Shown here in pieces: positions 17,308 through 27,400 of a stretch of DNA of 64,000 nucleotides. The DNA comes from an uncultured Solibacteraceae bacterium (GTDB lineage Bacteria; Acidobacteriota; Terriglobia; Bryobacterales; Bryobacteraceae). The stretch lies in contig CAWDWK010000008.1 of NCBI GenBank assembly GCA_963805775.1, forward strand, positions 33,920-97,919, given 5' to 3'. The translations under genes were made by a program, and so were the position numbers. Numbering within the stretch: the first letter of the stretch is position 1; every line of letters begins with the position of its first letter. Below the pieces are notes generated by a model. It searched no databases and was not told the origin of the DNA. It saw only the letters and a list, made by a program, of their open reading frames with translations.

Positions 17308-19925
17308 GCTTCATGCTGCGGGAATGGTGGCGCCGGTTGTGGGGAACATTCAGGCATCGTGAGAGCGGGACAGATGAGGAGCTTCAGTTCCATCTGCAGA
17401 TGGCGGAAGAGGAAGCCTTGCGACGAGGACAGTCCGCGCGGCAGGCGCGTATCCGTTCCGGGGGCGCCGCGCAGGCGGCCGAAGCCGTGCGCGATCAAAG
17501 CGCTATCCGCTGGCTCGCCGACTTCCTTCGCGATAGCCGGCACGGCGTTCGCCTTCTCGGGAAGAGTCCCCTGTTCACAACGGCTGCGATTGTATCTCTA
17601 GCCCTCGGCATCGGCGGGCTTGCCGCGATGTTCAGCGTCTTCGACGCGGTGCTGATCCGCCCGATGCCCTATGCCGGCGCGGACCGTCTCGTGATGATCT
17701 GGGACGAGATGGGCAAGACCGACGTCACGTCAAGACACAACCCAACGCCAGCGGAGTGGATCGAGTGGCGGCGGCTCAACACCGTATTCGCCGACCTTGC
17801 ATGCAGCCAGCCGGGCACCCCTACACTGTCTGGCGACGGCGAACCGGAACAGCTCCCAGCGCGCAAGGTAACGTGGAATTTCTGGAGCGTGCTTGGTTCC
17901 CAGCCGATGCTTGGACGCGTCTTCACCGAAGATGAAGACTTAAAAGGCGCGCGAGTGGTTGTGATCAGCCACGGCCTGTGGCAGCGCCGCTTTGGCGGGT
18001 CGCCCGGTATCGTCGGACGCAAGATTTCGCTCAACGACGAGCCTTACGAGGTGATCGGCGTGATGCCGAAGAGCTTCTATTTCATGCCGTCACACGAGAT
18101 AGAGGTCTGGATGCCGGCTTCATTCCCTGCCTGGATGCGAAGGAACTTCACATGGCACGACGCCCAGATCATCGCGCGGCTCAAGCCCGGTGTGACGCTG
18201 GAGCAGACAAGACATTCGATGGCGGCATTGAGTTTGCAGGTGACGGCAAAGGATTTCCGAGGACCACATTCGGTGATCGTCGCGCCGCTGCGGGAAGAAA
18301 TCACGGGCAAAACACAAACTGCGCTGGTCTTACTGATGTGGGCGGCGGGGGCGGTGCTGTTGATCGCGTGTGTCAATCTGGCAAATCTCTTGCTCTCGCG
18401 CAGCACGGTGCGCGGACGGGAAGTCGCGGTACGCAGAGCGCTTGGCGCGGGCCGCGGCAGACTGGTCGCGCAATTTCTTACAGAAAGTTTGCTGCTTGCG
18501 GCGTTCGGTACGCTAGCCGGACTCGTTCTCGCCCTGCCCGCGATGCGATTTCTCGAAAGCCTTGTACCGGAGGCAATGGGGGTGGCGAGCCTCACACTCG
18601 ATTGGCGAGTGCTGGCATTTTCCGCGGTCGTTGCTATCGCCGCCGCGTTGACCTTCGGACTCGCGCCCGCGCTGCAAGGGTCGGGAGTTGTATTGCAGGA
18701 AGGGCTCCGCCACGGCGGGCGCGGCACCGTGGGTTCGCGCAGCCATTGGTTCAGGCACTCGCTCATCATTGTTGAGACGGCGCTCGCCGTTGTCCTCCTC
18801 ACCTGTGGCGGCCTGCTCCTGCAGACCTTTCACCACCTGCGGAATACCGATCTCGGAATCAGGCGTGAGAGGCTATTGACGTTCGAGACACCGCTGTTCC
18901 GGTACAAGGACTTCGACCGCCGCGTGACCTTCCTCAACGCGATGCTGGAGAAGGTGCGTGCGATCCCTGGGGTAATCAACGCCGGAGCGATTAATCGTAT
19001 TCCCTTCACCGACTTCGCCGGTGCGACGTTCTATTTGTTCGAGGGCCAGTCGGCGAACAGTCTTCCCGGCCAGGTTGCACTCATCCGGAACGTAAGCCGT
19101 GATTACTTTGCAACCGTCGGCGCGCATCTGCGCGAGGGCAGACTCTTCCTCGCGTCCGATCAAAAGTCCGATTCTCCCGCGGCAATCGTGAACGAGCCTT
19201 TTGCGAATCGTCACTTCCCCGGCCAGTCGCCGTTGGGCAAGCGGTTTCAATTCGGCCAGATCAACCAGAAAGGCCACTGGTACACCATCGTCGGCGTGTT
19301 GAAGCAGATCCGCGAGAGCGGCGTTCTTCAAGACGCCAAACCCGCGGTTTATCGCGTGCAAGAACAATGCGACCAGATCGGCGACCTGAGCGCCGGCATC
19401 GTGGTTCGCACTGCCGTCGAGCCGGCATCGATCGTCGCGTCGGTTCGTCACTCGATCTGGTCGCTAGACCAAAATCAGCCGCTTGCTCGTATCCAGACAA
19501 TGGAAGATATCGTCGATCGCCAGTTGTCGACGCCTTCGCAAAGCACGGCGCTGTTCGGCGCGTTCGCCGTGCTCGCGCTGCTACTCGCATCGCTAGGTAT
19601 CTACGGCGTACTCTCCTACGCCGTTACACAGCGCACCAACGAGATCGGCGTGCGCATGGCGTTGGGAGCCACGTCCAGCGACATATTGCTCTCCTTCGGC
19701 CGGCAGGGCCTGGCATTGACGATCACCGGGCTCGCGATTGGCCTGGTCCTGGCGGCGATCGCAGCACGCTCAATGACCGCTCTACTCTACGGCTTCCGGC
19801 CCGGCTATATGCCGACTGCCGTCGTTGTATCTCTCATTCTCCTGTCGGTGGCAGCCTTGGCCTGTTTCGTTCCAGCGCGCCGCGCATCGCGCGTCGATCC
19901 GGTGGTCGCTCTCCGGAATGAATAG
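17304..19925 (+). CDS. ADOP-family permease (MacB/FtsX-like, duplicated)
   Basis: Start at MSFMLREWWRRLWG overlaps the PadR stop (ATGA at 17304-17307). Blocks LLGKSPLFTTAAIVSLALGIG, two FtsX-type TM blocks, and C-terminal PARRASRVDPVVALRNE. Confidence 0.85.
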   Translation: MSFMLREWWRRLWGTFRHRESGTDEELQFHLQMAEEEALRRGQSARQARIRSGGAAQAAEAVRDQSAIRWLADFLRDSRHGVRLLGKSPLFTTAAIVSLALGIGGLAAMFSVFDAVLIRPMPYAGADRLVMIWDEMGKTDVTSRHNPTPAEWIEWRRLNTVFADLACSQPGTPTLSGDGEPEQLPARKVTWNFWSVLGSQPMLGRVFTEDEDLKGARVVVISHGLWQRRFGGSPGIVGRKISLNDEPYEVIGVMPKSFYFMPSHEIEVWMPASFPAWMRRNFTWHDAQIIARLKPGVTLEQTRHSMAALSLQVTAKDFRGPHSVIVAPLREEITGKTQTALVLLMWAAGAVLLIACVNLANLLLSRSTVRGREVAVRRALGAGRGRLVAQFLTESLLLAAFGTLAGLVLALPAMRFLESLVPEAMGVASLTLDWRVLAFSAVVAIAAALTFGLAPALQGSGVVLQEGLRHGGRGTVGSRSHWFRHSLIIVETALAVVLLTCGGLLLQTFHHLRNTDLGIRRERLLTFETPLFRYKDFDRRVTFLNAMLEKVRAIPGVINAGAINRIPFTDFAGATFYLFEGQSANSLPGQVALIRNVSRDYFATVGAHLREGRLFLASDQKSDSPAAIVNEPFANRHFPGQSPLGKRFQFGQINQKGHWYTIVGVLKQIRESGVLQDAKPAVYRVQEQCDQIGDLSAGIVVRTAVEPASIVASVRHSIWSLDQNQPLARIQTMEDIVDRQLSTPSQSTALFGAFAVLALLLASLGIYGVLSYAVTQRTNEIGVRMALGATSSDILLSFGRQGLALTITGLAIGLVLAAIAARSMTALLYGFRPGYMPTAVVVSLILLSVAALACFVPARRASRVDPVVALRNE

Positions 19926-19954
19926 AACACGGCCTCGAGACGTTCTGCGGACGT

Positions 19955-20024
19955 CGCAAACTGGGGACTGACATGAATTTCCGGCGCAGTTTGCCGGAAA
20001 TTCGCTGTCTGTCCCCGGTTTGCC
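19955..20024. repeat. palindromic repeat family 1, full copy (70 nt)
   Basis: CGCAAACTGGGGACTGACATGAATTTCCGGCGCAGTTTGCCGGAAATTCGCTGTCTGTCCCCGGTTTGCC. Outer arms CAAACTGGGGAC/GTCCCCGGTTTG and inner arms GAATTTCCGGC/GCCGGAAATTC. Lies 30 nt after the permease stop. Confidence 0.85.
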
Positions 20025-20122
20025 CACCGGCAAGATACGCTCCTACTCTCGTGGTGTGCCCCAAGCGGGCTAAGCACCCGACACTCTCCTGCCCCCCTGG
20101 ACCCGCGATATTCTAGGATGAC

Positions 20123-21250
20123 GTGAATCGCCTGATCCAACGTTTGCTCGCCGCCGCGGCACTGTGCGCGTTCTGTCTGACCGCGCAGACCGATGCCACG
20201 GAGGAAATTCTGAAGCACGCCATCGGCCTGCATCAGTCGGGCGATATCAACGGGGCGATTGAGGCGTACGAGAAGTATCTGGCGCTGCGGCCTGAGTCTG
20301 CCGGAGCGCTCTCCAATCTTGGAGCGGCCTACGCCAGGATGGCGCGATACCAGGATGCCATCGTCCAGTATCGCCATGCGTTGAAATTGCAGCCGGACAA
20401 TGCGCCGGTCGAACTCAATCTGGCGCTGGCCTACTACAAGACCGGCCAGACCGAATCGGCCGCCGCGGCGCTCGAGAAGGTGCACCGCGAGGCGCCCGCG
20501 GAATTGCAGCCGGTGCTGCTTCTGGCCGATTGCTGGCTGGCCCTGGGCGAAAACACGAAGGTGGTGGAATTGCTCGCGCCCGTGGCGGAGCAGCGGCCCA
20601 ACGACCTGGCAGTGGCCTACCAACTGGGCCTCGCCCTGGTACGCGATCAACAACCGCAGCGCGCGCAGGGACTGATCGATCGCATTCTGCGCAACGGCGA
20701 TTCGGCCGAAACCTGGCTGCTGCTCGGCACCACCAAATTGAATGCCCGCGATGATGCGGGCGCCATGTCGGACCTTTCGAAAGCCGTCGCGCTCAATCCC
20801 AACCTTCCCGATGTCTACACGTATTACGGTCAGGCATTGCTGCGCACCGGCGACCCCGAGGCGGCGGCGGATGCATTTCGCAAGGCGCTGGCGGCCAATC
20901 CTTATGACTACACCGCAAACCTGCAGTTCGCCGTTCAGTTGAAGGAAGACGAAAAGTATCCCGAAGCCATCATGTGCCTGCGCCGCGCGCTGCAAGTGCG
21001 GCCCAACGATCTGGGCGCCCGTTATCAACTCGCCGCCATCGCATATCACGCGGGAAAACTGGATGACGCGCGCCGCGACCTGGAAACCATCGTGAAGGAA
21101 TCGCCCAGCTTCACCGAGGCGCACGTGACTCTGGCGACTGTCTACTACCGCCTCAATCGCAAGCTGGACGGTGACCGCGAGCGCGCCGCGGTGCAGAAAC
21201 TGAATGCGCAGGCGCAGTCCCGGCAACAGCAGGGGGTGACCGTGAAATGA
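20123..21250 (+). CDS. secreted TPR-repeat protein
   Basis: 375-aa ORF with a GTG start and signal peptide. Repeated 34-residue A/Y/L-rich TPR-like units (for example NLGAAYARMARYQDAIVQYRHALKLQPDN). Confidence 0.8.
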   Translation: MNRLIQRLLAAAALCAFCLTAQTDATEEILKHAIGLHQSGDINGAIEAYEKYLALRPESAGALSNLGAAYARMARYQDAIVQYRHALKLQPDNAPVELNLALAYYKTGQTESAAAALEKVHREAPAELQPVLLLADCWLALGENTKVVELLAPVAEQRPNDLAVAYQLGLALVRDQQPQRAQGLIDRILRNGDSAETWLLLGTTKLNARDDAGAMSDLSKAVALNPNLPDVYTYYGQALLRTGDPEAAADAFRKALAANPYDYTANLQFAVQLKEDEKYPEAIMCLRRALQVRPNDLGARYQLAAIAYHAGKLDDARRDLETIVKESPSFTEAHVTLATVYYRLNRKLDGDRERAAVQKLNAQAQSRQQQGVTVK

Positions 21251-22266
21251 GCACCTGCCGGGCTGTGCTGATGGCCGCGGTGGCCGCGGTATCGGCTGCG
21301 GGAAGCGAGAGATCGCCGGAAGCGTGCGCGCCGTGCCACGCTGCGGAAACCGCGGCATTCGCGCAGGCAGCGATGGCACGCGCGCTGGAGAGCGGCGCCA
21401 ACGCCGCGATACTGCGGGCGAATCCGAAGATGGCCGTGACCTTGGGCGCGTACTCTTACGAAATCGTGCGCGCGGGCAACGAGTCCGTCTACACCGTGAC
21501 GGACGGCAAGGAGACTATCCGTGTGCCGGTGGAATGGGCCTTCGGACACGGCGTAGGTGGGCAGACCTACGTCTTCCAACTCGACGGCAAATGGTACGAA
21601 AGCCGCGTGAGCTATTTCGCCGCCCTTCATGGGCTCGACCTGACGCTGGGCGCGACCACTACGCCGCGTAGCCTGGCGGAGGCCGCCGGCCGCGTAGCGC
21701 CGCCGTCGGAAATGCGTCTGTGCTTCGACTGCCATGCCACCAACGTCGCCAAATCCGGGCCGCTCTCCGTCGAAAACATAGTCGACGGCGTGCAATGCGA
21801 GCGTTGCCACGGCGGGTCAGAGGCGCACCTGTCCGCGCTCGGACCAATGAAGAAACTGGGGACGCTCACCACCGAAGAGCAATCGGACTTCTGCGGGCAA
21901 TGTCATCGCACGTGGTCGCGGGTGGCGCTCAATGGTCCGCGCGGAATCGCCAACGTACGCTTCCAACCGTATCGCCTGACCAACAGCCGCTGCTACGATG
22001 CGGAGGACAGCCGGATCAAATGCACCGCGTGCCACAGTCCGCACCGCGAATTGGAGACCGCGGCCGCGGCGTACGATGCGAAGTGCGCGGCGTGCCACTC
22101 GCGCGCAGCGGCCGCGGCCGGCAAAGCGCCGGCACGGTTGTGTAAGGTGTCGCAGGCGAACTGCGTGACGTGCCACATGCCGCGCCTGGAATTGCCCGGC
22201 GCACATCAAAAGTTCACCGACCATCGCATACGGATCGTTCGTGCGAACGAGACTTATCCGGACTAA
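21247..22266 (+). CDS. periplasmic multiheme c-type cytochrome (7 CXXCH)
   Basis: ATGA overlap with the TPR gene. Heme motifs CAPCH, CFDCH, CERCH, CGQCH, CTACH, CAACH, CVTCH. Signal peptide present. Confidence 0.85.
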   Translation: MSTCRAVLMAAVAAVSAAGSERSPEACAPCHAAETAAFAQAAMARALESGANAAILRANPKMAVTLGAYSYEIVRAGNESVYTVTDGKETIRVPVEWAFGHGVGGQTYVFQLDGKWYESRVSYFAALHGLDLTLGATTTPRSLAEAAGRVAPPSEMRLCFDCHATNVAKSGPLSVENIVDGVQCERCHGGSEAHLSALGPMKKLGTLTTEEQSDFCGQCHRTWSRVALNGPRGIANVRFQPYRLTNSRCYDAEDSRIKCTACHSPHRELETAAAAYDAKCAACHSRAAAAAGKAPARLCKVSQANCVTCHMPRLELPGAHQKFTDHRIRIVRANETYPD

Positions 22267-22354
22267 TGGCTATGAAACTCTCTCGCCGCGAGGTGCGCTG
22301 CAATCGTATGCGATTAGTGAGAAGATTCGATGGTCAAAGAGGAATAGGAGTGAT

Positions 22355-23395
22355 ATGGACACGAAGACCTGTCTGATATGGGCTGTGCTGGCATGTGCGC
22401 TACCCCAATTCGCACAGACGCCGGCGGAGGGCCTGACGCAGGCGCAACTCAATGCCCGGGCGAAAGCGCAGAACGTCCCGGAGATCCCGTTCGATTCGGC
22501 GCCGAATTTTCTGAAGCTGCCGGCCAACCTGTACCTGGGAGAAGGCATCGGCGTCGCCACCAATTCCAAGGGACACATCTTCGTCTACACGCGCAGCCAG
22601 GCCACGCGCCTTTTCGAATTCGACGCGAAAGGGACCTACCTGCGCGAGATCGGCGAAGGGCTCTATGGCTTTGCCTTCGCGCACGCGGTCCGTGTAGATC
22701 CGGAGGACAACATCTGGGCGGTCGACGAGGGCTCGAACATGGTGATCAAGTTCAACCCCGAAGGGCGCGTCGTGATGGTGCTGGGCAGAAGGCCGGAACC
22801 GGCGGAGCCCGCGCCCACGGCGCCCGAGCCCTACCGGTTCGATCGTCCGACGGATGTAGGTTGGGACGCGGCGGGGAATATCTTCGTCACCGACGGCTAC
22901 GGTAATTCGCGCGTGGTCAAGTACGACAAGAACGGGCGATTTCTAAAGTCGGTAGGCAGCAAGGGCTCTGCACCCGGGCAATTGAATCTGCCGCATACGA
23001 TGGCGATGGATGCCAAGGGAAACGTGTATGTGGGCGACCGCAGCAACAGCCGCATACAGGTCTTCGACAATGACCTCAACTTCAAAGCCATCTACGACCA
23101 GGTGGGCGCGCCCTGGGCCATGTGCATCACGCCCGGGCCGCATCAATATCTCTATAGCTCCAACTCGAGCCCGGACAACAACAATTCGCTGATCGAGGCG
23201 GTGACCGGCGAGATCTATAAGATGGAACTCGACGGAACGATTCTGGGAAAGTTCGGACACCCGGGCAAGAAACTGGGTGAGTTCGGCACGGTGCATGAAA
23301 TCGATTGCCGGAACGAGAATGAATTACTGGTGAGCGAGATCACGGCTTGGCGGGTGCAGAAGCTGGCGCTGCACCCGGTAAGGAGGGCACAATGA
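22355..23395 (+). CDS. secreted NHL-repeat beta-propeller protein (peptidyl-alpha-hydroxyglycine lyase-like)
   Basis: ATG 22355 is preceded by AGGAG. Signal peptide MDTKTCLIWAVLACALPQFAQ. Repeated NHL-like units (RPTDVGWDAAGNIFVTDGYGNSRVVKYD; LPHTMAMDAKGNVYVGDRSNSRIQVFD). Confidence 0.8.
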   Translation: MDTKTCLIWAVLACALPQFAQTPAEGLTQAQLNARAKAQNVPEIPFDSAPNFLKLPANLYLGEGIGVATNSKGHIFVYTRSQATRLFEFDAKGTYLREIGEGLYGFAFAHAVRVDPEDNIWAVDEGSNMVIKFNPEGRVVMVLGRRPEPAEPAPTAPEPYRFDRPTDVGWDAAGNIFVTDGYGNSRVVKYDKNGRFLKSVGSKGSAPGQLNLPHTMAMDAKGNVYVGDRSNSRIQVFDNDLNFKAIYDQVGAPWAMCITPGPHQYLYSSNSSPDNNNSLIEAVTGEIYKMELDGTILGKFGHPGKKLGEFGTVHEIDCRNENELLVSEITAWRVQKLALHPVRRAQ

Positions 23396-24408
23396 AAATA
23401 CGAATTGGTATCGCCGTGCTCGTGGTGGCGGGTTCCCTGAGCGCGCAGATCGCCTACGATTCCGTGCCGGATCTGCTGAAACTGCCGGAGCACATTTATC
23501 TCGGCGAGGCGGCCGGAGTCGCCACGAATTCGAAGGGCAACATCTTCGTGTACACACGCACCGGCGGGGCCAACTCGACCCTGGGCGCGTCGCGCGTGTT
23601 CACCCACGGCGGGTCGCGCCTGTTCGAATTCGACCGGAACGGCAAATTCGTGCGTGAGATCGGTGGAGGCGTGTATGGCTTCCTCTTCGCGCAAGCAGTG
23701 CGGGTGGACGCCAAGGATCATATCTGGATAGTGGACCGCGGCTCCAGCATGGTGATCGAGTTCGACCAGGAAGGGCGCGTGGCGATGACGCTGGGACGCA
23801 AGCCCGAAGCGGTCTCCGACGCCGGTCGCGGCGGTGGCGGCCGCGGTCCAAACCCAGGCACCGGCATCCCCGGCGACAATTTCAACCGGCCCACCGATCT
23901 CGCCTGGGATGCGTCGGGCAACATCTTCGTGGCTGACGGAGCCGGCAACGCGCGGATCGCGAAATTCAATCGCGACGGGCATTTCCTCAAGTCCTGGGGC
24001 TCGCACGGATCGGCGCAGGGCCAGTTCGACCAGGCGCTGTCCGTCGCCACGGATACACGGGGCAACGTCTACGTGGCCGATCGCGGCAACCAGCGGATTC
24101 AGGTCTTCGACAACGAAGGCGCCTTCCAGCGCCAGATCTCCAACATCGGCGCGCCGTGGGCCATCTGTATCTCTCCGGGCGCCCACCAGTATCTGTACAG
24201 CTCGAACTCCAACGAAACCAACTCCATGGATGGCGGCGAAATCTATCGCCTGGAACTGGATGGAACCGTGCTCGGCAAGTTCGGCACCGCGGGCAAGCTG
24301 CCCAAGGAATTCGGTACCGTGAACGAGATCGATTGCCGCAATCCGAATGAGCTGCTGGTCGGCGAACTCACCAACTGGCGCGTGCAGCGCATCCGGTTGC
24401 GGCCGTAA
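23392..24408 (+). CDS. secreted NHL-repeat beta-propeller protein, paralog of the preceding gene
   Basis: ATGA overlap with the upstream paralog, with AAGGAGG upstream. Colinear with the upstream protein over its whole length (roughly half the residues identical by eye), with one extra Gly-rich insert. Confidence 0.8.
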   Translation: MKIRIGIAVLVVAGSLSAQIAYDSVPDLLKLPEHIYLGEAAGVATNSKGNIFVYTRTGGANSTLGASRVFTHGGSRLFEFDRNGKFVREIGGGVYGFLFAQAVRVDAKDHIWIVDRGSSMVIEFDQEGRVAMTLGRKPEAVSDAGRGGGGRGPNPGTGIPGDNFNRPTDLAWDASGNIFVADGAGNARIAKFNRDGHFLKSWGSHGSAQGQFDQALSVATDTRGNVYVADRGNQRIQVFDNEGAFQRQISNIGAPWAICISPGAHQYLYSSNSNETNSMDGGEIYRLELDGTVLGKFGTAGKLPKEFGTVNEIDCRNPNELLVGELTNWRVQRIRLRP

Positions 24409-24412
24409 TCGC

Positions 24413-27400
24413 TCAAAAGTGAAACTTCGCGGCGATCTGAATCAGGCGGGGAGCGCCGGCGCTCACAACTTGTCCGAAGCTCGCGCTGGAGATGTTGCCA
24501 TTCACCGCTGCCGGCCCGTAGAATTGACCGCGATTGAAGACGTTGAAGGCCTCGAGGCGCAGTTCCACCGAACGGGCATCGGCCAGCCGCACGTCCTTAT
24601 GCAGGGCAACATCGTAATTCACCATTCCCGGTCCGTAGAAGAACCGGCGGGAAGCCGTGCCTTCGTGACCCATATCCGGCATGCCGAACAGCGATGTGTT
24701 GAACGCCGGCTTGCCGTTGCGCGGGTCGGTATTCACCGCCAGATTGCCGGGCGTGTAATCGGGAGTGTCTACGCCGTTGTTGTTAATCCCGTTCGGAATC
24801 GTGCCGAGCAGCGACGTATCGTTGTTGTTGAACAGGGTGACCGGCATACCGGTGCTGAATCGCGTGGTCCCCGATAGCGACCAGTCCTTACCCCACGCGC
24901 CGCGCAGCCCGCGCAGTTTGCCGAGTGGAAGTTTCCAATCGTAGCTGGCTACAAAGTTGTGGCGCATATCGAACGCCGAGAGCGCTTTGCTCAGACTTGG
25001 ATTGAGCGGGTTGACGGCTTCGGACAGGCTGGAAGACTGATCCAGCGATTTTCCGTACGTGTAACCCACCAGCAATTCCAGCGACGGTCCGGCATGATGG
25101 AGCGAAACCTCGAGCGCATTGTAGTTGGAGTTGCCGATGGTCTTTTGATTGGTGATCGCGGCAAAGTTGGAATCGAAAGGTCCGCGCGTGCCTTGAATCA
25201 CCTGGCCCGAACGCGTGGTGTAAGTGCCGCTCTCGCCGAACGGGCCGCACGTTGCCGTACCGGGCATCACATTCTCCGGCCGGCTCAGGCTCAGGCAGAG
25301 GGCCGGGTCGCCGGGGTTCGCCGCGATGAGCACTAGCAGATGATGCGCCTGGGTGCCGATATAGCCGGCGCGCAGTACCGTGTCCCGAGCCACTTCCCGC
25401 TCCACCGACAATGTGTAACTCTCGCTGTACGGCGTCACATTTTGATGGAAGAACGACGGAACACCGGTGATGGGCATGTACTGCGACCAATCCACGGAGG
25501 CGTTCGGATTCTTCGCCGAGGCGACGGTAGTCGGTATCGGTTCGGGAAACCGCTGTCCCACATCCTGGCCGCTGGCCGCGGTAATGAACGGCGTGGCAAA
25601 CAGCGGCGGCGCAAAGCTGTCGTAATCGTATCCGTAGGGCGGGTTGGCGCTCATGATTCCCGCCGACAGGCCTTCGATTGCCGTGTAGAACAGTCCGTAG
25701 GCCGCGCGCACGCTGGTCTTCGTGCCGGGCGCATACGCCAGTCCAACGCGTGGCGCAAAGTTGGTGTGGCTTGCCGGCGCCAGCGTGTCGGGAATGCCGG
25801 GGTCTCCGGGGAAAACCAGCCCGCGGGGCGCACCGGGGTACACCACGGACTGCTCTCCGCGAACCAGCGTCTGAAGCTGGTTGTATTTCTCGCGCCATGG
25901 CGGCAACAGGTCCCAGCGCAAGCCGTAGTTGAGCGTCAGATTGGGCCGCACGCGCCAACTGTCCTGGGCATACAGTCCGGCATATTTATTGCGCAGGTAA
26001 AAACGGCGGGAGTCGCCCTGGGCATAACTGCTGGCAATTCCCAGCAGAAAGTCGGCAAAATCCGAGCCCGTCTCAGTTCCCTGGAACAGGAAGGAGCCGT
26101 TGTACATCGCGTTGGGATTAATATTGACCTGGTCAAGGTGGACCGCCGCGCCAAATTTGAACATGTGCTTTCCGGCCACCCTGGAGAAATCGTCGGACCA
26201 CTGGTAGGTGTTGTTGGCCTGCGCCACGCCGGTGATGTCCACACCGACAGTGAAGTCGTTGAACGAGACGTTTTCGATGCCTTCCAGTTGCGGCGCTAGC
26301 GCTACGATCCCCGGTTTCCCCGCGCTGTCCACGAACCCCTGGGAAGCTAGCGTCGTGCCCACTCCACCTGCCGGCCGCCCCACGTCGTTGGCCGTCCGCA
26401 TGTACCCGAAGCGCAGTTCATTGATCGCCGCCGGACCAAACGTGCTGGTCAGCCCGACGCTGGCAAGCTGTGCGCGTCCCAGCGAAACCGCATGGAAGCC
26501 CGGAACATTGGCACCGCCCTGGGCCGTGGGATACGGGTTATCCAGCCAGTAATCGTCGGTGAAATAGTATGCCGAAAGCGCACCCCAACGGGTGTTGGCG
26601 TCGATGCGTAGCGCGCCCTTGTCGTCACGAAGATTCTGGTTGTTCGCCGAAGTCGAGAAGTTGTTATTGCCCTGATTCGGCGCGGGAATGTACGGCAGAA
26701 TCGCCTTCGCGGGCGCGGACCACGCAGTCTCGGGGATACGTGCATTGGGCAGAACGCACGCCTCGACGGTCGTGCAGCCCTCCTTGTAATACGGTTCGCC
26801 CGGAGTTACCGTGTGGCCCAACTTCTGGGAGAGTAGGTTGGCCCAGTATTGGCCGTTCACCGTACCGGAAAGAGTGCCGGCGATGTCTGAGAAATCGCCG
26901 TTCCGGTTCTGTAGCGAAGGCACGGAGATGACGCCGGTCTCGATGCCCTGCGTCATGCGCGATCCCTGATAGTCGGCGAAGAAGAAGATCTGGTTCTTGC
27001 GGATCGGACCGCCCAGGGCGCCGCCGAACTGGTTGCGGTCGTATTTGGCCCGCTCGACGGCGAAATAGTTCCGCGCGTCGAGCCTGGTATCGCGCAGGAA
27101 TTCAAACACGCTGCCGTGGAGTTCGTTGGTTCCCGACTTAGTCACCACCTGCACCTGGCCGCCGCTGAAGTTGCCATACTCGGCGTTGAAGTTGCTTGTC
27201 AGCACATGAAATTCCTGTATGGAATCCAGGTTGGGCACAATCGCCGCGCCCATGTTGAAATCGTCCTGCGCGGAAATGCCGTTCACCGTAAAGCCGTTGG
27301 TGGTTTCCCTCTGCCCGCTCACCGACATGTTGCCCGGATTGAGGTCGCCCGATGGCGGTGCGCTGGTGCATCCCGACATCACCACCGCATTCGGCTGCTG

